Shown: one piece after another, positions 52,417 to 64,000 of the stretch
Numbering within the stretch: position 1 is the first letter of the stretch
How the letters are laid out: each line of letters starts with the position of its first letter
Source: Squalus acanthias
Lineage: Eukaryota
Direction of reading: 5' to 3'
Assembly (NCBI GenBank): GCA_030390025.1
Contig: CM059432.1
Span: 59,460,001-59,524,000 of the forward strand
Length of the DNA: 64,000 nucleotides
Translations under genes and position numbers: made by a program
Notes under the pieces: generated by a model
The model's input: only the letters and a program-made list of their open reading frames with translations
Told to the model about the DNA's origin: nothing
The model's database searches: none

Positions 52417-53129
52417 GGCACGGAATTTGCAATAATAACGGTGAGGCTATCAGCGCTCACCGTTATTCAGGAGTAAATTGGGCAGCAACTTCCAGCGTCT
52501 GCACATCTGCAGTTACATGGAAATCAGGAAGTTGCTGTCCGAGTTACCGTGCTCCTCCAGAAGCTTCGCTCTAACAGTATCTCGCCGAGAGACTTGGCAT
52601 TCAAATATCTGAAGGGTGTGAATTTGCTGTACTTACCCACTAGATACCCACTAAACACGCCCAAAAAAGTTAGGACTTGTCCATTCAAGTGTAATTACTG
52701 CCAAACAACTTCGCTGGCACTAAAAATTTACTTTTAAAATTGTGGAGTCTCATTCCTTCAGGTTTTAATTATCATTGGAGATTATTAAAAATGTTTTTTT
52801 TACTTCTTCTTCCTATCTCTTTAATCTCTCTCTCTTAATCCCATCTTTCTTTCCCTCTCATTATTTTGCATTCTGTACATGATTTGGCATTGAATGAAAT
52901 ATTCTAACTTGCACTTCCTGGTTTAAACTCTGCATGTCTTAGTAAGGATTCTTCAATCTGTTTGGTTAAGTAAACACACCGTTGCTTGCCCTGTTTACAC
53001 AGGTCCCAGAGACCCTGTAGAGGACGCCACCTGTTTTGACTCTCTAATTACCAGAAGTCACAGTGCCCACAGAAAGTCTGTGAGCAAGTATAAGTCCATT
53101 TGTTTGCCGCTGGCCACAAAATCCAGGCC
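52417..53129. mobile_element. Harbinger-type MITE (LTR-free sister of 9178-11221) inside a CR1 fragment (~52385-53445)
   Basis: Ends ggcacggaattt and aaatccaggcc; colinear with 9178-9911 plus 11177-11221. Confidence 0.85.
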
Positions 53130-53444
53130 AATATCTGGAGGGCTAGAATATAAAGGGGAGGAAGTTTTGCTACAGCTAGACAAAGCCCTGGTTTGACTAC
53201 ATCTGGGAGCACTGTGTACAGTTCTGGGCACCGCACCTTAGAAAGGATATACTGGCCTTTGAAGGAGTTCAGCGCAAATTCAATGAAATGTTACCAGGAG
53301 AGATTACATAAACTAGGCTTGCATTCCCTGGAAGAAAGAAGGTTAAGGGGTGATTTGATTGAGGTTTTTAGGATATTGAAAGGAATTGATAGGGTAGAGA
53401 GAAACTTTTTCCGCTGGTGGGGGAGTCTAGGACAAGGGAACATA

Positions 53445-54240
53445 ACCATCTCCATACATGGCTTTAGGGCTGGTGTAGTGGATTGGCATATGATGAAAGC
53501 ATCATGGTAGCTTCCTGGGTACTAGCATTCACATGCAGGATAAGTCAATTGGGATTGCACACTAGTTGCACATTATTGCAATTCAATCATTTCCTGTTTG
53601 TAAAATTGAAGGGGTTATTATTATGGGACTTTGAGTGCCACATGGTTTCCAGCAATTGCTCCCCGTACCTGTGGGAACCCTGCCTGTGTGTAGAGATGGA
53701 TAGCTCTCTTTTTTTGTTTCTTTGGTTCCATCAGTCACTTTCTTTACACAATGGTGAGCTGCTGCTTAATGTGGCAAAGATCTTCAGATGCTACCTAGAA
53801 GGATCCTGTGGCAAACAAATTCAAACCAGTACCGACAATGACTGGCACAAACAATACTTTTCTCCTGATGGGAGAGAGAGCTGCATTTCTTCAGCCAGCA
53901 GGCCACTTATCTCCCCAATTGCCTCCAAGGGAAGTGCAGCCAGTGACACATACACTGTATTTACAGTATTTATTTACTTGGGTATTTAGTATAGGCAACA
54001 TCTTCTGTGATGTCTCACTCTAGGTGCCTCCAATCTATTCTCGTTCATATCTTCATCTTCCTCCTCTTCATAACATACGAATACAGGGATTCTCATCGGG
54101 AAATCGATGTTCCCAGTCCAAATTAGCAGAGCTAATAAAAATAGCAGCAAACGTCCTGACAAAAGTATCGAACAGTTTGATATACAGGCAAAGTAACACC
54201 AACCTTCTGTTGCACCAAACAAAATTGCCTCCTCAATACA
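53445..54240 (-). pseudogene. Degraded PIF/Harbinger transposase, N-terminal half
   Basis: Minus strand LNLFATGSF*VASEDLCHIKQ, AGFPQVRGAIAGNHVALKVP, FTNRK..NVQLVC, LHVNA.YPGSYHDAFI match HARBI1-type motifs, with stops and frameshifts. Confidence 0.85.
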
Positions 54241-55074
54241 GTATCTAGAATAGGGATACCTAAGTGATGCTCATATCACTACTTACATAGTGGAGGTAAT
54301 AATTTGTGGTTATGGCAGGTTTGGATTGGAAGTTGGAGAAAATGGGTCAGCTACGCCCACATGGCTCCATTTAAATGTGGTGAGGTGGGCTTCCAGTGGA
54401 CCTTAAAATGGACTGATGCTTTTTTGGGGAGGATAATTCTGGTACAATTTTAGATTGGCAGCTTTTAGGCAGTTGACATCATTGCCTCATTTGCTGTCCC
54501 AAAACTGCCAGAAAATGGGTGGTAATTCGGAGTAACATCCAGTTCATTATATAATTGCAACAAAAATGACATGGATTTTCTGATTCTTCTATATATTCTC
54601 CAAATATTAAAAAGTTTGACAAACTTTCCATTAACATAATATACCCAATATGTATTTAAAAAATGGATCAAACATTTTTGTAACCTCATAAACCTTTTTG
54701 CTTTCAATCATTACCTGTTGTATGAAACATTAACGGTAAAGGAAAAGTGTACCTCATTATTTTAACAATAGTCTAGTGATTCTGCCTCCTTCCAAATAAG
54801 GTGAACAAACACCCTAGTGAGCCAACTTTTTCTTCCCCTGGCACAAGCTAAGTAACTGGGTTATTTTACAAGTGGTCCCAAGTTGTAGTTCACATTTTAA
54901 ATGGTGACTACGGTAAAGCAACATTTTTTTTTTAATTGTAAAGTTTTAATTAGATATTTTTAACTGTCAGATTGTTTGTTGTACCATCATAATTTTAGCA
55001 ATGCTAGTCCATACCAACTAAAATACTTTAATCATTTAAAACCAAGACCGTCATTGTAACTTATCACAGGGAAC

Positions 55075-56260
55075 TAAATAAATCTGAAATAAAAAGCTAG
55101 TATCAGTAATTGTGACCATGAAACTATCGGATTATCATAAAAACCCATCGAATGCCCTTTAGGGAAGGAAATCTGCTGTCCTTACCTGATCTGGCAATGT
55201 GGTTGACTCTTAACTGCCCTCTGAAATGGCCTAGCAAGCCACTCAGTTGTAACAAACCGCAACGAAAAACAATAATAAGAATAAAACCGGACGGATCACC
55301 CGGCATCGACCTTGGCACCAGCTTCGGACATGACAACGGCATACCCAGCCCAGTCGACCCTAAAATGTCCCCCTCACTAACATCTGGGGACTTGTGCCAA
55401 AATTGGGAGAGCTGTCCCACAGTCTAGTCAAGCAACAGCCTGACATAGTCATACTCACAGAATCATAGCTTTCAGCCAATGTCCCACACCCCTCCATCAC
55501 CATCCCTGGGTATGTCCTGTCCCACCAGAGGTGGCGGCACAGTGGTATACAGTCGGAAGGGAGTAGCCCTGGGAGGCCTCAACATTGATTCCGGACCCCA
55601 TGAAGTCTCATGGCTTCAGGTCAAACATGGGCAAGGAAACCTCCTGCTCATTACCCCCTACCACCCTCCCTCAACTGTTGAATCAGTACTCCTCCATGTT
55701 GAACACCACTTGGAAGAAGCACTGAGGGTAGCAAGGGCACAGATGTACTCTGGGTGGGGGGACTTCAATGTCCATCACCAAGAGTGGCTTGGTAGCACCA
55801 CTATTGACCGACCTGGCCGAGTCCTGCCGACTGGGCCTGCTGCAGGTGGTGAGAGATCCAACACGAGGGAAAAACCTACTTGGCCTAGTCCTCACCAATC
55901 TACCTGTCGCAGATGTATCTGTCCATGACAGCATTGGGACAGTGACCACCTGCACAGTCATTGTGGAGACGAAGTCCCATCTTCACACTGAGGGCACCCT
56001 CCATCGTGTTGTGTGGCATGACCACCGTGCTAAATGGGATAGATTCAGAACAGATCTAGCAGCTCAAAACTGGGCATCCATGAGGCGCTGTGGGCCATCA
56101 GCAGCAGCAGAATTGTATTCCACCACAATCGGTAACCTCATGGCCCAGCATATCCCTCACTCTACTATTACCATCAAGCCAGGGGACCCACCCTGGTTCA
56201 ATGAGGAGTGCAGAATAGCATGCCAGGAGCAGCACAAGGGTACCTAAAATGAGGTGCCAA
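55075..56260 (+). mobile_element. CR1-group LINE family B, 5' part (short leader and APE endonuclease)
   Basis: KQQPDIVILTES, RGGGTVVY, YHPPS, GDFNVHH and PWFNEECR across frames; continues at 61417 after the nested CR1. Confidence 0.85.
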
Positions 56261-59200
56261 GAACATAAGAACATAAGAAATAGAAGCAGGAGTAGGCCAT
56301 ACGGCTCCTCGAGCCTGCTCCGCCATTCACTATGATAGTGGCTGATCATAGACCTCAACTCCGCTTTCCCGCCCGATCTCCATATCCCTTGATTCCCCTA
56401 GAGTCCAAAAATCTATCTATCTCAGCCTTGAATATACTCAAAGACTCAGCATTCACAGCCCTCTGAGGCAAAGAATTCCAAAGATTCACAACCCTCTGAG
56501 TGAAGAAATTCCTCCTCATCTTGGTCTTAAATGGCCTACCCCTTATTCTGAGACTATGCCCGCTAGTTCTAGACACTCCAGCCAGGGGAAACAACCTCTC
56601 AGCATCTACCCTGTCAATCCCCATCAGAATCTTGTATGTTTCAATGAGATCACCTCTCATTCTTCTAAACTCCAGAGAATATAGGCCCATTCTACACAAT
56701 CTCTCATCATAGGACAAGCCCTCTCATCCCAGGAATCAATCTAGTGAACCTTTGCTGCACCGCCTCCAAGGCAAGTATATCCTTCCTTAGATAAGGAGAC
56801 CAAAACTGTGCACAGTACTCCAGGTGTAGTCTCACCAAGGCCCTGTACAATTGTAGCAAGACTTCCTTTCTCTTATACTCCAACCCCCTTGCAATAAAGG
56901 CCAACATGCCATTTGCCTTCCTTATTGCTTGCTGTACCTGCATGCTAGCTTTCTGTGTTTCTTGCACGAGGACACCCAAATCTCTCTGAACACCAACATT
57001 TGAGAGTTTCTCACCATTTAAAAAATATTCTGTTTTTCTATTCTTCCTACCAAAGTGAATAACCTCACATTTCCCTACATTATACTCCATCTGCCACCGT
57101 ACTGCCCACTCACTTAGTCTATCTATATCCCTTTGCAGACTCTTTCGGCTGGATTTTATGAATGGAGACGTGCTGGAGGTGGGACTGCTGCTTGCCCGGT
57201 TTCAGTCCCGCCTCCATCAGCTTCTGGCCAACCAGCGGGATTTTCCCCTGATTGACCTTGTTAAGCCCGCCCAGCGGGCTCAGCAGGGAAATTAGGGGGA
57301 AGTCAGTGACAGAACATGTCAACGTATGACGTGTCATCTGTCAAGAATTTTTGAAAGAAGAAATGTCATCGTTTGACAGCTCTGTGAAGCTGTCAAACAC
57401 TGACATTCTGCATAGTTTGATGTGTTCAGGACTCATCAAACCTTTCTAATTTGCAGAAATCAGCTGGCTCTGGGATCGGAGGATCCAACAGCCAGTCTGT
57501 GATCTCTACAATGGAGATGTCGGGGACTACGGCTCCACAGTGGCTGAAGGCTGTAGGGAGAAACAAAGGTAAGTTAACATTTTTTAACATTTTACACTCA
57601 CCTCACATACTTACCACTCCACACTTGCACCCATCACTCACCTCTACATTGCACTTTCAGACCCCTCCGACCCCCGCAGATCTCCTATTCGCCTCCTACA
57701 CCCCGGCGGGGTTCCCCCAGGTCGGGAAGCCCGCACTTCAGCACGGAAAATGGGGTTAATCCTATTTTCTGCCTGTTAACTACCTGTTAACAGGCAGTTA
57801 ATAGGCTTTAATCCCTTCCCGCCCCCAAATACTGCAACTTTCCCGGCAGTCCCGCCTCCATAGCCGCCTCCTCGGGGCTGAGAAAATCCAGCCCTTTGTG
57901 TTCTCCTCGCAGCTTACTGTTCCACCTAGCTTTGTATCATCAGCAAACTTGGATACATTACACTCGGTCCCTTCATCTAGGTCATTAATATAGACTGTAA
58001 ATAGCTGAGGCCCCAACACTGATCCTTGCGGCACCCCACTAGTTACAGCCTGCCAACCTGAAAAAGATCTGTTTATCCCTACTCTCTGTTTTCTGACCGT
58101 TAACCTCTATCCATGTTACTATATTACCCAAACCCCCATGAGCCCTAATCTTGTGTAATAACCTTTTATGTGGCACCTTATCGAATGCCTTTTGGAAATC
58201 CAAATATACTACATCCACTGATTCCCCATTATCTACCCTGCTAGTTACATCCTCAAAAAACTCTAATAAATTTGTCAAAGACGATTTCCCTTTCATAAAA
58301 CCATGTTGACTCTGCCTAATCATGTTATGATTTTCTAAGTGCCCTGATACCACTTCCTTAACAATGGATTCAAGTATTTTCCCGATGACTGATGTCAGGC
58401 TAACTGGCCTGTAGTTCCCTGTTTTTTCTCTCCCTCCTTTCTTAAATAGCGGTGTTATATTTGTGACCTTCCAATCCGCTGGGACCATTCTAGAATCTAG
58501 GGAATTTTGGAAGATCAAAACCAATGCATCCACTATCTCTTCAGCCACCTCTTTTAGAACCCTAGGATGTAGGCCATCAGGTCCAGGGGATTTGTCGGCT
58601 TTTAGTCCCATTAGTTTCTCTAGTACTTTTTCTCTACTTATATTAATTACATTAAGTTCCTCACCCTCATTTTTGGAATGCTTTTTGTGTCATCTACTGT
58701 GAAGACAGATACAAAATATTTGTTTAACGTTTCTGCCATTTCCTTATTCCCCATAATAATTTCGCCTGTCTCAGCCTCTAAGGGACCAACGTTTACTTTT
58801 GCTACTCTCTACCTTTTTACATACTTGTAGAAGCTCTTACAATCTGCTTTTATATTTCTTGCTAGTTTTCTCACATATTCTATTTTTTCCCTTTGCATCA
58901 ATTTTTTGGTCAACCTCTGCTGATTTCTGAAACTCTCCCAATCGTCAGGCTTACAATTATTCTTTGCAACATTATAAGCTTCTTCTTTCAATCTAATGCT
59001 ATCCTTAACTACTTTAGTTAGCCACGGTTGGATCACTTTTCCCATGGAGTTTTTGTTTCTCAATGGAATGTATTTTTGTTGAGAAGTATGAAATATTTCT
59101 TTAAATGCTAGCCACTGCTTATCTACCGTCATATCTTTTAATCTATTTTTCCTCTTTACCTTAGCCAATTCGCCCCATACCTATGTAATTGGCTTTATTT

Positions 59201-61416
59201 AAGTTTAAGACTCTAGTTTCGGAATTAGACAAGTCACTCTCAAAATTAACGTGAAATTCTATCATATTATGATCACTTTGCCCAGAGGATCCTTTACTAT
59301 GAGATTGCTAATTAACCCCGTCTCAATACACAATACAAGATCTAAAATAGCCTGTTCCCTGGTTGGTTCCATGACGTATTGTTCTAGGAAACTGTCCCGA
59401 ATACATTCCATGAACTCGTCTTCCAGACTACCTTTGCCAATTTGATTTGTCTAGTCTATATGAAGATTAAAGTCCCCCACGATTATTGCATTACCTTTGT
59501 TGCAAGCTCCTACTATTTCTTGATTAATATTCTGTCCAACGGTATAGCTACTTTTAGGGGGCCTATATACTACTCTTACCAGTGTTTTCTACCCCTTGTT
59601 AGTCCTTATCTCCACCCATACTGATTCTACTTCCTGATCTTCCGAGCCAAGATCCTTTCTCGCTACTGTCCTTATGTCATCCTTTATTATCAGGGCTACT
59701 CCCCCTCCTTTTCCATTCTGCCTGTCTTTTCGAAACATCAAGTACCCTGGAACATTTAGTTCCCAACTTTGGCCACCTTGCAACCACGTCTCTGTAATGG
59801 CTATTAGATCAAGCCCATTTATCTCTATTTGTGCCACTAGTTCGTCTATCTTGTTATGAATGCTTCGTTCATTCAAATAAAGAGCCTTTAATTTAAATTT
59901 TTTACCATTATTCCCTGCTTTGACCTTATTCTCTGCTGCACTGCTACCGTTAAACTCTCTGGCGCTTCCTGTCACACTCTGATTATTTTTACCCAAATCG
60001 CTACACTGCTCTATTGCCTTGACCTTTGTCTTTAGATTTCTAAATTTCCCCTCACCTGACCTCTCCCCACCCCGCCCCCCCTTTTTTTAGTTTAAAGCCC
60101 TTTCTGTAGTCCTAGTTATTCGATTAACCAGGACGCTGGTCCCAGCCCGGTTTAAGTGGAGCCCGTCCCGACGGAACAGCTCCCTCTTTCCCCAGTATTG
60201 GTGCCAGTGCTCCATGAATTGAAACCCCTTTTTCCCACACCACTCTTTGAGCCACACATTTAACTCTCTGATCTTCTTGACCCTATGCCAATTTGCACGT
60301 GGCTCAGGTAGTAATCCAGAGATTATTACCCTTGAGGTTCTGCTTATTAATTTAGACCCTAGCTCCTCAAACTCCCTCAGCAGAACCTCATTCTTAGTTC
60401 TACCTATGTTGTTGGTTCCTACATGGACCATGACAACTGGATCCTCCCCCTCCCACTCCAAGTTCTTCTCCAGCCGCGAGGAGATATCCTTAACCCTGGC
60501 ACCGGGCAGGCAATACAACCTTCGGGACTCTCTTTCATGGCTGCAGAGAACAGTATCTAACCCCGACTATACTGTCCCCTACTACTACCACATTCCTTCC
60601 TTCTCCCCCCAATTGGATGGCCCTCTGTACCACAGTGTCGTGGTCAGTTTGCCCATCCTCCCTGCAGTCCTTTTCCTCATCCATACAGGTAGCAAGTACC
60701 TCGTACCTGTTGGACAAGGTCCAGGGCTGAGGCTCCTCCATCACTACATCGTGGGTCCCCATACCTTCCTGACTCACAGTCACACCCTCCTGTCCCTGAC
60801 CACTGGCAAACTCTAAAGTACTACTTAATCTAAAGGGTGTGATTGCCTCCTGGAACAAAGTGTCCAGGTAACTCTCCCCCTCCCTAATGCATCGCAATGT
60901 CTGCAGCTCGTACTCCAGCTCAACAATTCTGAGCCGACGTTCCTCGAGTTGCAGACACTTACTGCAGATGTGGTTGCTCGGGATCTCGATGCTCTCCACA
61001 AACTCCCACATGCTGCAGTTACGACACACCACCTGCCTTGCCATCTCTAACCTTGTTTTATTTATTCATTAATTAGTTAAAGATTTTATTCAATCGATAT
61101 TTTAGGTTTATTGTTTGATTATTTTACTTAGTTTAAGTTATTAATTTAATAAGTACCAGCAAGTTACAGTTTCTCAGCTCTTAATTTAACCACCTTCCCT
61201 AACTTAGGAGAGCAAAAAAGAGCTGTAATACTCACCAACCAATCACGTACCTGCTCTCCTGTGACATCACTCTTTGATGTTGTTTTCGAATCGGAGTCTC
61301 GCCGCTGCCACTGCTTTAATTCAGCTCTGCTCTCGGGCCGCTCTTTGTCCTCTCACCGCTTTAAATCAGCTCCGCTCTTGGGCTGCTCTTTATCCTCTCG
61401 CCGCTGCCGCTGCTTT
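56261..61416 (-). mobile_element. Full-length CR1 LINE (5' tandem repeats, ORF1 zinc finger/leucine zipper plus SGNH esterase, ORF2 APE-RT, microsatellite tail)
   Basis: ORF1 CxxC...CxxC with heptad leucines (60535-61044) and HVGTNN...DGLHLN esterase (60087-60518); ORF2 from ~59996 to 56355 with frameshifts; (ttcttatg)n tail; caa repeated at 56258-56260 and 61417-61419. Confidence 0.95.
57146..57894. mobile_element. Harbinger-type MITE in CR1 RT
   Basis: TIRs cggctggatttt and aaaatccagccc; TSD TTT. Confidence 0.9.
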
Positions 61417-63291
61417 CAATCTGGGGAAGCAGCAACTCAGGACTACATGCATGCGAAACAGCGGAAGCAGCATGCTATAGACAGAGCTAAGCGATCTCAC
61501 AACCAACGGATCAGATCAAAGCTCTGCAGTCCTACCGCATCCAGTCGTGAATGATGGTGGACAATTAAACAACAAACGGGTGGAAGAGGCTCCGTGATTA
61601 TCCCCATTCTCAATGATGGCAGAGCCCGGCACGCGAGTGCAAAAGACAAGGCTGAAGCGTTTGCAATCATCTTCAGCCAGAAATGATGAGTGGATGATTC
61701 ATATCACCCTCCTTCAGAGGTCCCCACCATTACAAAAGCCAGTCTTCAGCCAATTCGATTCACTCCACGTGATATCAAGAAACGGCTGAGCGCACTGGAT
61801 ACAGCAAAGTCTATGGGCCCCGACAACATCCTGGCTGTCGTGCTGAAGACTTGTGCTCCAGAACTAGCTGTGCCTCTAGCCAAGCAGTTCCAGTACACCT
61901 AAAACATTGGCATCTCCCCAACAATGTGGAAAACTGCCCGGGTATGTCCTGTCCACAAAAAGCAGGACAAATCCAATCCGGCCAATTACCGCCCCATCGG
62001 TCTGCTTTCAATCATCAGCAAAGTGATGGAAGATGTCGTCGACAGTGCTATCAAGCGGCACTTACTCACCAATAACCTGCTCACTGATGCTCAGTTTGGG
62101 TTCCGCCAGGACCACTCGGCTCCAGGCCTCATTACAGCCTTGGTCCAAACATGGACAAAAGAGCTGAATTCCAGAGGTGAGGTGAGAGTGACTGCCCTTG
62201 ACTTCAAGGCAGCATTTGACCGAGTGTGGCATCAAGGAGCCCTAGTAAAATTGAAGTCAATGGGAATCAGGGGCTGGAGTCATATCCAGCACAAAGGAAG
62301 ATGGTTGTGGTTGTTGGAGGTCAATCATCTCAGCCCCAGGACATCGCTGCAGGAGTTCCTCAGGGCAGTGTCCTAGGCCCAACCATCTTCAGCTGCTTCA
62401 TCAATGACCTTCCCGGCATCATAAGTGGCGATGTTCGCTGATGATTGCACAGTATTCAATTCTATTCACAACTCCTCAGATAATGAAGCAGTCCATGTCC
62501 ACATGCAGCAAGACCTGGATGACATTCAGACTTGGGCTGATGTGTGGCGCAAATTTTACTTGCCACTTAAGTGCCAGGCAATTACTATCTTCAACAAGAG
62601 AGAGTCTAACCACCGCCCCTTGACATGCAACAGTATTACCATCACCAAATCCTCCACCATCAACATCTGGGGGGCCACCATTGACCAGAAACTTAACTGG
62701 ACCAGCCACGTAAATACTGGCCTCAAGAGCAGGTCAGAGGCTGGGTATTCTGCGGCGAGTGTCTCACCTCCTGACTCCCCAAAGCCTTTCCACCATCTAC
62801 AAGGCACAAGTCAGGAGTGTGATGGAATACTCTCCACTTGCCTGGATGAGTGCAGTTCCAACAACACTCAAGAAGCTCGACACCATCAAGCCCGCCTGAT
62901 TGGCACCCCATCCACCACCTTAAACATTCACTTCCTCCACCACTGGCGCACCGTGGCTGCAGTGTGTACCATCTACAAGATGCACTGCAGCAACTCTCCA
63001 AGGCTTCTTCAACAGCACCTCCCAAACCAGCGACCCCCACCACCTCGAAGGACAAGGGCAGCAGGCGCATGGGAACACCATCACCTCCAAGTTCCCCTCC
63101 AAGTCACGCATCACCCTGACTTGGAAATATATAGGCGTTCCTTCATCGTCGTTGGGTCAAAATCCTGGAACTCCCTACCTAACAGCACTATGGGAGTACC
63201 TTCACCACCACCTTCTCAAGGGCAATTAGGGATGGGCAATAAATGCTGGCCTTCCAGTGACGCCCACATCCCAGGAATGCATAAAAAAAAA
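61417..63291 (+). mobile_element. CR1-group LINE family B, 3' part (RT)
   Basis: [37 protein letters not shown] and MFADD peptides; gcccacatccca...polyA tail. Confidence 0.92.
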
Positions 63292-64000
63292 GCTGTGAGC
63301 AGTTTGATGAAAATGAAATGTGCAATAGAAACCAGGAGAAAGTAGTGAGTAAAAGACATGATCGCCCTCTAGTGGCAAAAAAATCAAATAGTACAACATA
63401 AATTAACATAAAAACTATTTCTACAAAAATTAAATGAATATGTAAAACTCCTTCAGTTTGTGTCCTTCTTCAGAGACAAAAATCCAAAGATTTCAGAAAT
63501 CAAACTGAATGTTTTGTTGATGTGATACGAGCAGGAAAGAAAGCAGTAACCACTTATGTAATCCTACACAACAGTGGTGTAAATATAACTTGTGGACTAA
63601 ATAAAATCAAGAAGTTAATGGAAAAAAATGACAACTCTAGAATAGAAACTAACAAAAAAATCAACTCAGGCAGCAAGCTTTCCTCAAATTCCTTCAAACC
63701 AATTATAAAAGTGAATGGTGTACGAAGAAAGAAAAGGCTTAAAGTAAATTGTAAATTTACACAGACATGGTCACCCTCTGGTGGCAAGAAAAGCCTACAG
63801 CACCTTGGTATAATCCCAGTTTAGTACTAACTAGGCCTGGCTTGGTTATCTTCTAAGATCAGACATATTCAGGATAGTGTGGTTGTAGATGTTTATTAAT
63901 GCTCTTTTCAGTCCATTTAAGCAGTCACTTACTGTACTGTCTTTTTTCTCTCCAACTAATGATCATGGCATAACTTCCTTAGAAAGTTGAGAACTAATTA

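Noticed and set aside
63522..63824. 100-aa ORF near the window end as DNAAF11 exon 2 or another gene
   Set aside because: Opposite strand to DNAAF11, AT-rich, and no similarity to the expected LRRC6 N-terminus (ITEDLIRRNAEHN...).

Overview
Vertebrate genomic DNA. The repeat families and gene structure suggest a cartilaginous fish (shark-like); this is an inference. The window covers the middle of one host gene on the minus strand, DNAAF11/LRRC6 (axonemal dynein assembly factor). Eight internal coding exons (equivalent to human exons 3-10, 983 bp, 3944-52320) have canonical AG/GT boundaries and compatible phases; the first and last exons lie outside the window. The introns are densely filled with nested transposable elements: many CR1 LINEs (one full-length with zinc-finger/esterase ORF1), a second CR1-group LINE family with no visible ORF1, L2 LINEs, tRNA-headed Deu-type SINEs, a young RTE element, Penelope-like elements (one with a minimal hammerhead ribozyme motif), a solo LTR, a DIRS tyrosine-recombinase relic, a hAT MITE, and many PIF/Harbinger relics and MITEs. 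I found no clearly novel multi-gene system. The most unusual observation is two different Harbinger-type MITEs inserted at the same nucleotide of two separate CR1 copies, in opposite orientation relative to the LINE, which suggests target-site-specific integration. TE boundaries without a stated TSD are approximate.
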